Assembly (NCBI GenBank): GCA_028278325.1
Contig: JANQEO010000361.1
Span: forward strand, 202 to 64,201
DNA from: Candidatus Binatia bacterium
GTDB taxonomy: Bacteria; Desulfobacterota; Binatia; UBA1149; JAJCZL01
Length of the DNA: 64,000 bases
Direction: 5' to 3'
Shown one piece after another: positions 18,464 to 26,453 of this stretch. How positions within the stretch are numbered: position 1 is the first letter of the stretch; each line of letters starts with the position of its first letter. Position numbers and translations under genes: made by a program. The notes beneath the pieces are model-generated. The model saw only the letters and a list, made by a program, of their open reading frames with translations, ran no database searches and was not told the origin of the DNA.

Positions 18464-19909
18464 CTAGTCTTGAAGTGTGGGCGGTTTCGGCCGGGGCGGT
18501 TCATTTCTCGGAACATCGGACACTATCGGCACATCCGAGTCTGCCGGCACATCCGAGACCGCAGTGCCTTCGACCTCCGCCGCCATAGCTTGTAACCACT
18601 CTTCGACGTTGGTGTACCCATCGCCGTCACTGTCACCATTGGGATCCGACGGAACACTAAGGTTTCGGGTGTTTCTCGCATAGTTCGGCCATCCGCCTGC
18701 GTTCGCAGCGCAACGACTAGTACCGTTGTTGGCAACGCAGTTGATAATCCGACCGGTCCGATTTCTGATATCCGCTATTACTCGTGCATCTACGGCGTTC
18801 CTTTCCGCCGGCCTGGTTCCGGCATTACTCAATACATAGTCCAACGCTCGACCATCGCGGGTGGGACGCACGTCGAGTCCGTCTGTCCATGTAGGCGGGA
18901 CATCTGACACAAAGGTATTCAATGATCGATTCGTACGATTTTCCACGATTGACCACTGATCTGTGCCCATACTTGTCGCCGTGTTGTCAGACAAGTACAC
19001 GCGGCTACTGCTGAGCATCGCGTTTGACCCGTCACCATCCCTTTCACCGAGGATTCGGATTGGTACTGAGGATGCACGCGTATCAGGGCCGTCGATAAAT
19101 ACGTTGCCAACTATGGTATTTCTCGATGATATGCCATGTCTGTTGTACAGCATGACCTGCGCGGTCTCGGTATTGTAAATAACATTGTTGACGAAGACGA
19201 AATCGGAAGCGTTTGTCCTCGGATTTCTCGCATCGTTGTGTGCGAAGATATTGCCGATCATCGCAATACGACTGCGATCTGAATTTGTACTTAGCAGTGC
19301 ACCGTACGAGTGTGCACCTTTGGGATGGATTGACTCGTTCAGAGCTTCGGAAATAATGGAATTTGAAATGGTCACATTGTCCCACGCCCGGTAGGTCGAA
19401 ATGCCCTCGTCAACCGACCAGCTTATGGAGCAGTGATCGATAACGGCGTTTCGAATCGGGTTCGGCGTCTCGATCTTCAGTGTGTCTCGGACACGGGGAT
19501 CGAGGCCACCCGGGTCGTCACCAACTCGGACGGCAATGTGTTGCACCAGAACGTCCGACGCCCGGATGGCGAGAGGAGCTCCGCGAAGCAGAATTCCCGG
19601 TGCAGGGGCTGTTTGTCCAGCAATAGTCAGGTTGGGGTTGCTGACGGTGAGACCAGACGACAAACGGATGACGCCAGATACCTCGAAGATGCAAATACGA
19701 GGCCCTGATGCTGAAACACAGGCCCGCAATGAGCCACTACCATCGTCATTCAGGTTTGTGACCCGGATGATCGAACCGCCTCGGCCGGCGGGTGTAGTCA
19801 TTCCGAACCCGTGTGCACCGGGAATCACTGGCAGATCTGCCAACACGTTCCCGCACAACAGCCCGGTAGTCAATGTAACTATGAACTTCCCACTCAGTTT
19901 GCCAAGCAT
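18464..19909 (-). CDS. Secreted pectate-lyase-like right-handed beta-helix protein with a C-terminal Ca-binding-type (TSP3/dockerin-like) motif
   Basis: The probable start is the ATG at 19909, giving the signal-like MLGKLSGKFIVTLTTGLLCGNVLA; the ORF itself extends to 20056. The product contains GFGMTTPAGRGGSIIRVTNLNDDGSGSLR, a PL1-like N-terminus. It has many N/I/V-rich beta-helix turns. The tail reads DPNGDSDGDGYTNVEEWLQ, followed by an SDVP x3 repeat. Confidence 0.7.
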   Translation of the reverse strand: MLGKLSGKFIVTLTTGLLCGNVLADLPVIPGAHGFGMTTPAGRGGSIIRVTNLNDDGSGSLRACVSASGPRICIFEVSGVIRLSSGLTVSNPNLTIAGQTAPAPGILLRGAPLAIRASDVLVQHIAVRVGDDPGGLDPRVRDTLKIETPNPIRNAVIDHCSISWSVDEGISTYRAWDNVTISNSIISEALNESIHPKGAHSYGALLSTNSDRSRIAMIGNIFAHNDARNPRTNASDFVFVNNVIYNTETAQVMLYNRHGISSRNTIVGNVFIDGPDTRASSVPIRILGERDGDGSNAMLSSSRVYLSDNTATSMGTDQWSIVENRTNRSLNTFVSDVPPTWTDGLDVRPTRDGRALDYVLSNAGTRPAERNAVDARVIADIRNRTGRIINCVANNGTSRCAANAGGWPNYARNTRNLSVPSDPNGDSDGDGYTNVEEWLQAMAAEVEGTAVSDVPADSDVPIVSDVPRNEPPRPKPPTLQD

Positions 19910-20442
19910 CTTGCTTACCCCACATCGTCGTAATGAATTCAACATCGGACTCCATTGGTAGAGCACTGCACCAGTCAGCGAAGCGATGGCGAAACCACGA
20001 AGATGCATCGGCCAACTGGCCGAAGCAAGAGTACCGAGACGTGGCAACCCCGCCATCTTAGGAAGCTAATCCCCTTAGACCGGTGGCTTTGCGTCCTTGC
20101 CTTTCGACAAGTATGCCTTTCGCACGAGAGCATGCTGACACGCTGTTTCTTGAATTGTCAAACGACAAATCCCGATATTTGCCAAAGCCGACAGTTGATA
20201 ATCCCGCCCAAGGTCTACTGACACGTGCTAGCAGCACGTATCGCTGAAATTATGGTGAATTCGGAGACGCCCGTCGCATAGCAGTGCTGCAACTGAGTCA
20301 GAAGAATGGCATACCGTTGCGCCAGATGGAAACTGTCGTCATTGTGCGACAACCAATATTCAGGCCAGTCCGGCAAAACGCCTTTAGGGCCATAATGTGT
20401 GAGACATACAGCGGCATCCAATCCGCTTTCTGGTCGCTAGTG

Positions 20443-21243
20443 CTATATTGCGGCGTTGTCCGGAGCCGAGAATACATAGACGCTGCATCCGCCTTCGGGG
20501 CTAGCCTTCACTCGTTCCAGCGTGAATTCCCTTTTTCTCGCAAAAGTCAAGACTTCGTCTTCTGTTGCAGTTTCATAAGGAAGCCCCCCAAGCCAGTCGA
20601 TCACGTCATGGTAGACGTTCATGCCTCTGCCTAGTTTCTTGTTCCACGCGAATGGGTTCTGAAGATGTCTTGCACGAGACAGCATAAATCTTCCGATTCT
20701 CTTCCACTCCATGAGACGTTTTCCGAATCGGGACGACTTGTTGTACTTCCTTTTCAGTTCCAAGTCGCGACTGTAGCGGGGCCCCTTCTTATATAAGGAA
20801 ATCCATATATGACCGCCGGGGGCAACCAATCCGAACGCGTTGGCTACAGCCTCCCACATCTTTCCGGTGTGGTGCAATACGCCCCAGGAATAGACAACGT
20901 CGAACTTGCCCAAGGATGCACAGTAATCACCGTCGAGAATGGATCCGTGCTCAACCACCCAATTACTTGGCGATCCGGCCCGCTGCCACAGCGTTCTTGT
21001 CGCGCTTACGCTGTGTTCATCGTAGTCAAATGAGTGCACTGACTTCGACCCAAGTCGATGAAACGCCAACGAATGGATACCTGATCCGGATCCAATGTCG
21101 AGCACGGTCCCATCGCCGAAGTCGAGGTTGTCAAGCCACAGCTTTATGTCATCCTCTGCACGCTGTACCTCGTCATCAGCTACCGTATCTAAATAGCTGA
21201 TCCAGTTCTTTCCGAAAGAGAAGGTTACTTTGTCGTTTGGCAT
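20443..21243 (-). CDS. Class I SAM-dependent methyltransferase
   Basis: GTVLDIGSGSGIHSLAFHRLGSKSVHSFDYDEHSV covers motif I and the post-I acidic residue. GKFDVVYSWGVLHHT is motif II/III-like. Confidence 0.85.
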   Translation of the reverse strand: MPNDKVTFSFGKNWISYLDTVADDEVQRAEDDIKLWLDNLDFGDGTVLDIGSGSGIHSLAFHRLGSKSVHSFDYDEHSVSATRTLWQRAGSPSNWVVEHGSILDGDYCASLGKFDVVYSWGVLHHTGKMWEAVANAFGLVAPGGHIWISLYKKGPRYSRDLELKRKYNKSSRFGKRLMEWKRIGRFMLSRARHLQNPFAWNKKLGRGMNVYHDVIDWLGGLPYETATEDEVLTFARKREFTLERVKASPEGGCSVYVFSAPDNAAI

Positions 21244-21339
21244 TGGTGATAAAACTCCGACCGTCCCAGGATAGAGATCGGCTTTTCTTCAGTTACATCG
21301 TTACCTAGTTGAACCCACATGGGTGCGAGCCCGACTGTA

Positions 21340-22461
21340 TCAATTATCCAGTATAGACCGCGTCTTGCGATAACGGCGCTTTAAGCCTGCACCGATCAGC
21401 TCGAGCTCAAACCGCAGCTTTCGCTTCTGAACTTTGGCCCAGATCAGCCTGTTCCGATCCGTGGAAAGAGACCGCTTGTACTGACCGCCGCCGGCGAGAA
21501 AGTCGTAGGCCTTCAGATTGCTTTTTGCGTTGAATCGAACGGCCTCAGCGTGACACAGCCAACCCGGTTTCATCTTCCCGTCCTCACTGTAGACGAGCCC
21601 CCCCTGGTAGAACAGGACCCTGCCGTTGAACACGAAATTGTACAGGCAGCCAACCGTGTGATCGCCGGCCGTGACCCGCAGCAACTGGATTTCTCCGCTG
21701 TCGAAGCGGTTGCGGATCAGCGCCGTGTGGAAGGACAGGGAGTACTGCCGACTGAAAGCGCCCTCGACACCCCTGTGGTCCCAGCGCTCCCTGTGAAGCT
21801 CGACGAGCTCATCAAACATCTCCAACGCCCGGTCGGCGTTCGCTGCAACTTCGCACTCAATAGCGCCGTTCTTCGAGTAGGCTTCGTAGCACCGCCGCAT
21901 TTGTCGACGAGTATTGCTGCTCAATAGACTTGCGTAGTCACCCTCCTTCTCGCGAACGGCCTCCAGGTTCACGTAAGGTGAGGGATCGTCGCGCACGACC
22001 ACCGGCCGCCAGCGCGGTGGGCACCGGCTGATCAGCGAATCCGCCACTGCATCCACCGCATGGCCCGGAAAGACGAATTCGTCCCAGGATTCCGTTCGAT
22101 CGAGCTCCTCCAGCACGTCCCAGATCCTTTCGGGCGGAGTCCCTTTCATGAGTACCTGGTTGTACTCGATCGACAGTCGATCGATCTCCGGTACTCCCGT
22201 GGCGTTGACGAAGACCGAGCGGACGGGGATGACCCGCTTCCGCCACAGGCCGCGGATTCCCGCGAAGAAGGCGAGCACCGGTGACCCGTCGAGGTACCCG
22301 ACCACCAGCTTCAGGGCGACCTCGCGAGGCAAGGAATCGAGCCAAGTCTCGACCCAGCCGGGGGACAGGAAGTAGTCTACCTCGAGCTCGCTGGTCAGTT
22401 CGTTCCAGATTTCGCGAATCTGCTCTCGATCGGTGTGCGCGTCCAGGAAGTGTAGTTTCAT
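21340..22461 (-). CDS. FemAB/CelD-like (BioF2-like, Acetyltransf_6-type) acyltransferase
   Basis: The preferred start is the ATG at 22461, preceded by AGGA; the ORF extends to 22548. The C-terminal segment reads LFYQGGLVYSEDGKMKPGWLCHAEAVRFNAKSNLKAYDFLAGGGQYKRSLS. This matches the SpG...D(F/L)(L/G)xGxxxYK signature shared with the 30487 and 32271 genes. Confidence 0.7.
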   Translation of the reverse strand: MKLHFLDAHTDREQIREIWNELTSELEVDYFLSPGWVETWLDSLPREVALKLVVGYLDGSPVLAFFAGIRGLWRKRVIPVRSVFVNATGVPEIDRLSIEYNQVLMKGTPPERIWDVLEELDRTESWDEFVFPGHAVDAVADSLISRCPPRWRPVVVRDDPSPYVNLEAVREKEGDYASLLSSNTRRQMRRCYEAYSKNGAIECEVAANADRALEMFDELVELHRERWDHRGVEGAFSRQYSLSFHTALIRNRFDSGEIQLLRVTAGDHTVGCLYNFVFNGRVLFYQGGLVYSEDGKMKPGWLCHAEAVRFNAKSNLKAYDFLAGGGQYKRSLSTDRNRLIWAKVQKRKLRFELELIGAGLKRRYRKTRSILDN

Positions 22462-22592
22462 TGTATCCTGCTGACTGCCTGGCGGGATGCCCCGACCGGC
22501 ATCCGCATCCTGCCCCGCGCCGCCCTCTACGTCCTTGAATTGAATCACATTCGACTATCAGGAATCTGCGACCCGCGGCGGAATCCCGTCGA

Positions 22593-24272
22593 CTAACGGA
22601 AGCGGCTGCGCAGAATCCGGGCATCCGCCAGTGTCAGCCCGCGCGAATAGGATAATGTGTGGACACCGGTTACCGAGCGGTCCCACAGTGGTTCGATAGA
22701 CGTGACCGGCTCCTCGGCATACTCGGTCGGGCTGAGAGCCGTGATCCTCATGATGTTGATGCCGTAACCGTAGCGGCCGCTGCAGTTCTGGGCTGGCCTG
22801 AACAGCTCGCCGTTCCGCTCGACTATCCGGCCCGCCGGTCGTGCGGCCTTGACGTCGGAGGCGACGGGATTGAGCGGATGCGGCGTCCACGGACCGGAGA
22901 TCGGATTGTTCGTATGAAACAGGAACAGCTCGTCGTAGGTCGACGACCCCGGGTTTTCGGCCATACCGAGGAACAGGTACCAAATACCCGCGCGCTGGAG
23001 AAGCGTCGGGTCCACGGCCCGGACGCCCTCGAACAGGTTCGCGTGGAATTCCCATTTGTAAGGAAAGTCGACACAGCGGTAGATCGGAACCACTTCTGCC
23101 TGCCGGGCCTCCGCCAGCATGTACCAGGCCCCTTCGTAGCTGAACACGAACGGATACGACAGGTGATGCGGCTCCTCGATGAGCGTAGTCGGCCTCTCGT
23201 GCTTGCCCTCCGGATCCATCGCGATGTGCGCAATGCGCCCCGTGCCCTCGGCGTATACCAGTTCCTCGATAAAAACGTGGTGCGTACTCCCGTCGTGGAC
23301 GACGAATGGGTCCGCCCAGAACCGGTCGCGCGGCGGCACGAGACGCGTGAATCGATGCATCGACGTCGCGATGTCCGGCTCGAAGGCATACAACAGGTTC
23401 CATTGCTCGAACCTGAAGTAGCCCGCGACCCGTCGCCTGACTCGCTGCAGGAACTTCTTCGCGAGCAACGCTGCAAGCTCCCTGTTTCGGGGCCGCTTAT
23501 AGAGCCTGTGGCTGTAGAACGCCGGGAAAGGGTTTTTTCGCCTGACTTCCTCGAAGAATCGCTCCTCTCCGAGCGCGCCCAGCCGATCCACCATCCTCGG
23601 CAGGAATGACGCGGCCGTCCAGAAGCGGGGATTGTTGTTCAGGATCATCGAACGATCGTTGGTGTGGGCCCAAGAGCGATACAGGACCGTGCCACCGTCC
23701 AGGTCCTCGCCCAGGATCTGCAGGACGGCCCCGGACTCCGGCCACGATTCCATCACCTCCCAGAAGCCGAACGGTCCGCCGCGGTTCACGAGACTGTCGC
23801 CGTGATGGTAGGACCACACGCCGTACTTCGCCGCCTCCAGGACGTCGCCTTTGAGTATACGGAAACCGAGCCTCACCAGTATGTCGAGACGATGATCCCT
23901 GATCTGCTCGACATCGTCGTCGGACAGGTAATCGCAAAATCTGGTCTGCCGCGGCAGGACGCCGATCTCGACGACGCCGGGCAGGAGAGTCTTCACATCC
24001 GTCGTCGCGAAAGCGTCCGGCTCGCAGTGCACATTCTCCATCAGCCTGCGCCTGAAACGGTGCAGACCGCGCGCGATCAAGGCCGAAGGAATCTCCCGCC
24101 ATCTCTCCCGGATCTTCTCCGGCAGACTGTACGCTTTCCGCTGAGCTCGATTGCGGACCACCAGCACGATTCCGGCGTTGTCGCTGTTCAGGAGCCGGGT
24201 GATCATCAAATGCACCCACGCGGGCTGATCGTAGTCGTCGATCAGCAGGCCTATCCTCAGCTTTTCCTTCAT
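22593..24272 (-). CDS. Fusion protein with an N-terminal formyltransferase-fold domain and a C-terminal beta-propeller-like (GH43-like / glucosamine-inositolphosphorylceramide-transferase-like) domain
   Basis: The N-terminal half contains DILVRLGFRILKGDVLEAAKYGVWSYHHGDSLVNRGGP...SGAVLQILGEDLDGGTVL. This aligns by eye to the N-x-H-x-SLLPxxRG ... D-x-G formyltransferase core, with Ser in place of the Asn. The C-terminal half contains RFWADPFVVHDG...YPFVFSYEGAWYML...DPTLLQRAGIWYLF...RPAGRIVERNGELFRPAQ. Confidence 0.6.
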   Translation of the reverse strand: MKEKLRIGLLIDDYDQPAWVHLMITRLLNSDNAGIVLVVRNRAQRKAYSLPEKIRERWREIPSALIARGLHRFRRRLMENVHCEPDAFATTDVKTLLPGVVEIGVLPRQTRFCDYLSDDDVEQIRDHRLDILVRLGFRILKGDVLEAAKYGVWSYHHGDSLVNRGGPFGFWEVMESWPESGAVLQILGEDLDGGTVLYRSWAHTNDRSMILNNNPRFWTAASFLPRMVDRLGALGEERFFEEVRRKNPFPAFYSHRLYKRPRNRELAALLAKKFLQRVRRRVAGYFRFEQWNLLYAFEPDIATSMHRFTRLVPPRDRFWADPFVVHDGSTHHVFIEELVYAEGTGRIAHIAMDPEGKHERPTTLIEEPHHLSYPFVFSYEGAWYMLAEARQAEVVPIYRCVDFPYKWEFHANLFEGVRAVDPTLLQRAGIWYLFLGMAENPGSSTYDELFLFHTNNPISGPWTPHPLNPVASDVKAARPAGRIVERNGELFRPAQNCSGRYGYGINIMRITALSPTEYAEEPVTSIEPLWDRSVTGVHTLSYSRGLTLADARILRSRFR

Positions 24273-24611
24273 GCGTCCCCTGAAGCCGTTCGGCGGCGGC
24301 GGGCGGCAATTGTACCCCGTTGGTACAGGGCGTCGACGTCGCGGTTCACGCTTGCCGACGACACTCGCCGGGAATCAGTTCACGCGGGTAACTGTGATTC
24401 CGCTCTCGGAATCCCAGAGAACGCACAGCTACGATTTTCCCGCTCTTACGGACCTGTGTTATTTTGCCGAGCGGTGTGCGCAACGCCCCGCCGGCCCGCA
24501 ATCAAGACCATCGACTGGCCGGCTCGATTCGCGGCGTCGTTGCACGTCGGGACGTCAGCCAAAACGCAAGATCATGAAGACAGAGGCTTCAAATGACTGA
24601 CAGCCCGCAAC

Positions 24612-24979
24612 ATGGAGATCGAGATCTGGGGCAACGGCTAGCAGACCCGATCCTTCATGTACATCGATGACTGCATCGAAGGTATCCGGAAGATCGCCGA
24701 GTCCGACGTCTCGAACCCATCAATCTCGGCTCCGACGAGCTCGTGACCATCAACGGTCTCGTCGACATCGTGGAATCCATCGCCGGCGTCAAGCTCGAAC
24801 GGAACTACAATCTGGACGCACCCAAAGGGGTGAACGGCCGCAACAGCGACAACACGATGATCATGGAACGACTGGGCTGGGCGCCGCCGACCAGCCTGGC
24901 AGACGGCATGGATCGCACCTACCGCTGGATCGCGGAGCAGTACGATCGTCGGGCCGCCGGCGAGACCACCCGAATCTGA
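24612..24979 (+). pseudogene. Remnant of an NAD-dependent sugar epimerase (GDP-mannose 3,5-epimerase-like); C-terminal third only, with an in-frame stop and a frameshift
   Basis: The frame from 24612 reads MEIEIWGNG*QTRSFMYIDDCIEGIRKIAESDVS. After a frame change near 24715-24720 it continues as EPINLGSDELVTINGLVDIVESIAGVKLERNYNLDAPKGVNGRNSDNTMIMERLGWAPPTSLADGMDRTYRWIAEQ. This follows the GME pattern ...WGDGxQTRSF..ID(D/E)C(V/I)EG...S(D)xxEPVNIGSDEMVSMN...G(V)RGRNSDN..I...LGW.P. No Rossmann N-terminus is present upstream. Confidence 0.7.
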
Positions 24980-25109
24980 TCACTCCGGTACCGGGCAGGC
25001 TTCCACGTCGCGGTAATGAGACCTGTTCCGACGCACTATACCGCCAGGCTTCCTATGATTGCCGCTTTGGTCGGCAGCCGCAGGTCAGGCGTGCCAAAGG
25101 TTGCTCAGG

Positions 25110-26369
25110 ATGAAGCAAGTGGCGTCGTCAGCCGAGCGGAACGACAAGGTATCTCATCTCGACCGGCGGCGGCCGGATCCGCCGCGGCTACGCGTACTCT
25201 GCCTGAACTACGAATACCCGCCCATGGGCGGCGGCGCCGGCAACGCAACCCAGTATACGGCTCTCGAACTCACTCGGCTGGGCCACACGGTCCACGTCCT
25301 GACGGCACGCCTGCCCGGCCAGTCCGACGTAGACACCGGCGACGGTCTCGTCGTACACCGTACGTTCAGCCGAAGAATCCACCTTCACCAGGCAGGCCTG
25401 ATCGGTGCGCTCACCTTTCTGCCGAGCGCGTTCCTGAGGCTCCGGAAGCTGGCGAAAGCGCACGACTACGACATCTTTCATTTCTACTTCGGCCTGCCTA
25501 CCGGCATGCTGGCGCTGTACGTCCGCTGGGTGCTGAAGAAGCCCTATATCATTGCCCTCCGGGGCTCGGACGTCCCGGGATATGACAACACCCGCTGGTA
25601 TCTGAGACCGCTACACGGTCTCCTCGCTCCTCTCAACCGGTACGTCTGGTCGCGAGCGGCTGCGGTGACGGCGCTGAGCAACAATCTGCGCGAGCTGGCC
25701 CTGGCCACGGCGCCGAACCTGCCGATTCGCGTCGTCGGCAACGGCATCGACACCGAAGTCTTCCCTCGGCGGCCGAAGCCGCCGACAGGCAAGCGGATAC
25801 GACTGCTGTGCGTCTGCAGACTGGTGCGCAGGAAGGGTCTCGAGTACCTGCTGAGGGCCATGCCCGAACTGGCCCGATCCGGCATGACGCTCGATATAGT
25901 CGGCACCGGCGAATGCTCCGACGAAGTCGAATCGCTGGTTGAACGTCTCGATCTGACGGAATCCGTGAATCTGGTCGGCTACGTGCCACGGGACGGCCTG
26001 GCGGACTATTACAACAGAGCGGACATCTTCATCCTGCCGTCCACGAGCGAGTCCTTCGGGCAGGTACTTCTCGAGGCGATGAGCTGCGGGTTGCCGGTCG
26101 TCGCATCCCGCGTAGGCGGCGTGCCGGAAACGCTGCATGACGGAGACGGCGGGCTGCTGATAGACCCCGCCAGTTCCGAGTCGATCGTCGCCGCAATCCG
26201 GAGACTCGCGTCGGATCCCGCTGCACGAACCGCCATGGGCGCATACAATCACGAGCTTGCGCGCAATGCCTTCCAGTGGTCCGGCGTGGCCGAGAAGTAC
26301 GAAGCCCTTTATCTGCAATGTCTTGGCGAAAGCAATCCAAAGGCGCGCGCACGCCTGCAGCAAGACTGA
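25110..26369 (+). CDS. Glycosyltransferase family 4
   Basis: The product contains LRVLCLNYEYPPMGGGAGNA at the N-terminus and FILPSTSESFGQVLLEAMSCGLPVVASRVGGVPETL as the E-x7-E region. I chose the ATG at 25110 as start; the ORF opens at 25059. Confidence 0.85.
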   Translation: MKQVASSAERNDKVSHLDRRRPDPPRLRVLCLNYEYPPMGGGAGNATQYTALELTRLGHTVHVLTARLPGQSDVDTGDGLVVHRTFSRRIHLHQAGLIGALTFLPSAFLRLRKLAKAHDYDIFHFYFGLPTGMLALYVRWVLKKPYIIALRGSDVPGYDNTRWYLRPLHGLLAPLNRYVWSRAAAVTALSNNLRELALATAPNLPIRVVGNGIDTEVFPRRPKPPTGKRIRLLCVCRLVRRKGLEYLLRAMPELARSGMTLDIVGTGECSDEVESLVERLDLTESVNLVGYVPRDGLADYYNRADIFILPSTSESFGQVLLEAMSCGLPVVASRVGGVPETLHDGDGGLLIDPASSESIVAAIRRLASDPAARTAMGAYNHELARNAFQWSGVAEKYEALYLQCLGESNPKARARLQQD

Positions 26370-26453
26370 TACGGCAGCGCGTTTCCAGCCGGCGACCGAG
26401 GCCGGCCGTGCGGCCCTTCTCGCGGGGCGCAGCCGGCACGCGGATCGAATGAC

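Larger units (their letters stand above)
14169..21339. other. Low-GC compositional island inside the locus, with four genes and long spacers
   Basis: Hand counts of 60-nt lines give 27/60 GC at 15661-15720 (spacer) and 27/60 at 16381-16440 (coding). The flanking locus gives 44/60 at 31081-31140. Intergenic gaps here are 400-720 nt, whereas elsewhere genes overlap or are separated by under 50 nt. Confidence 0.6.
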
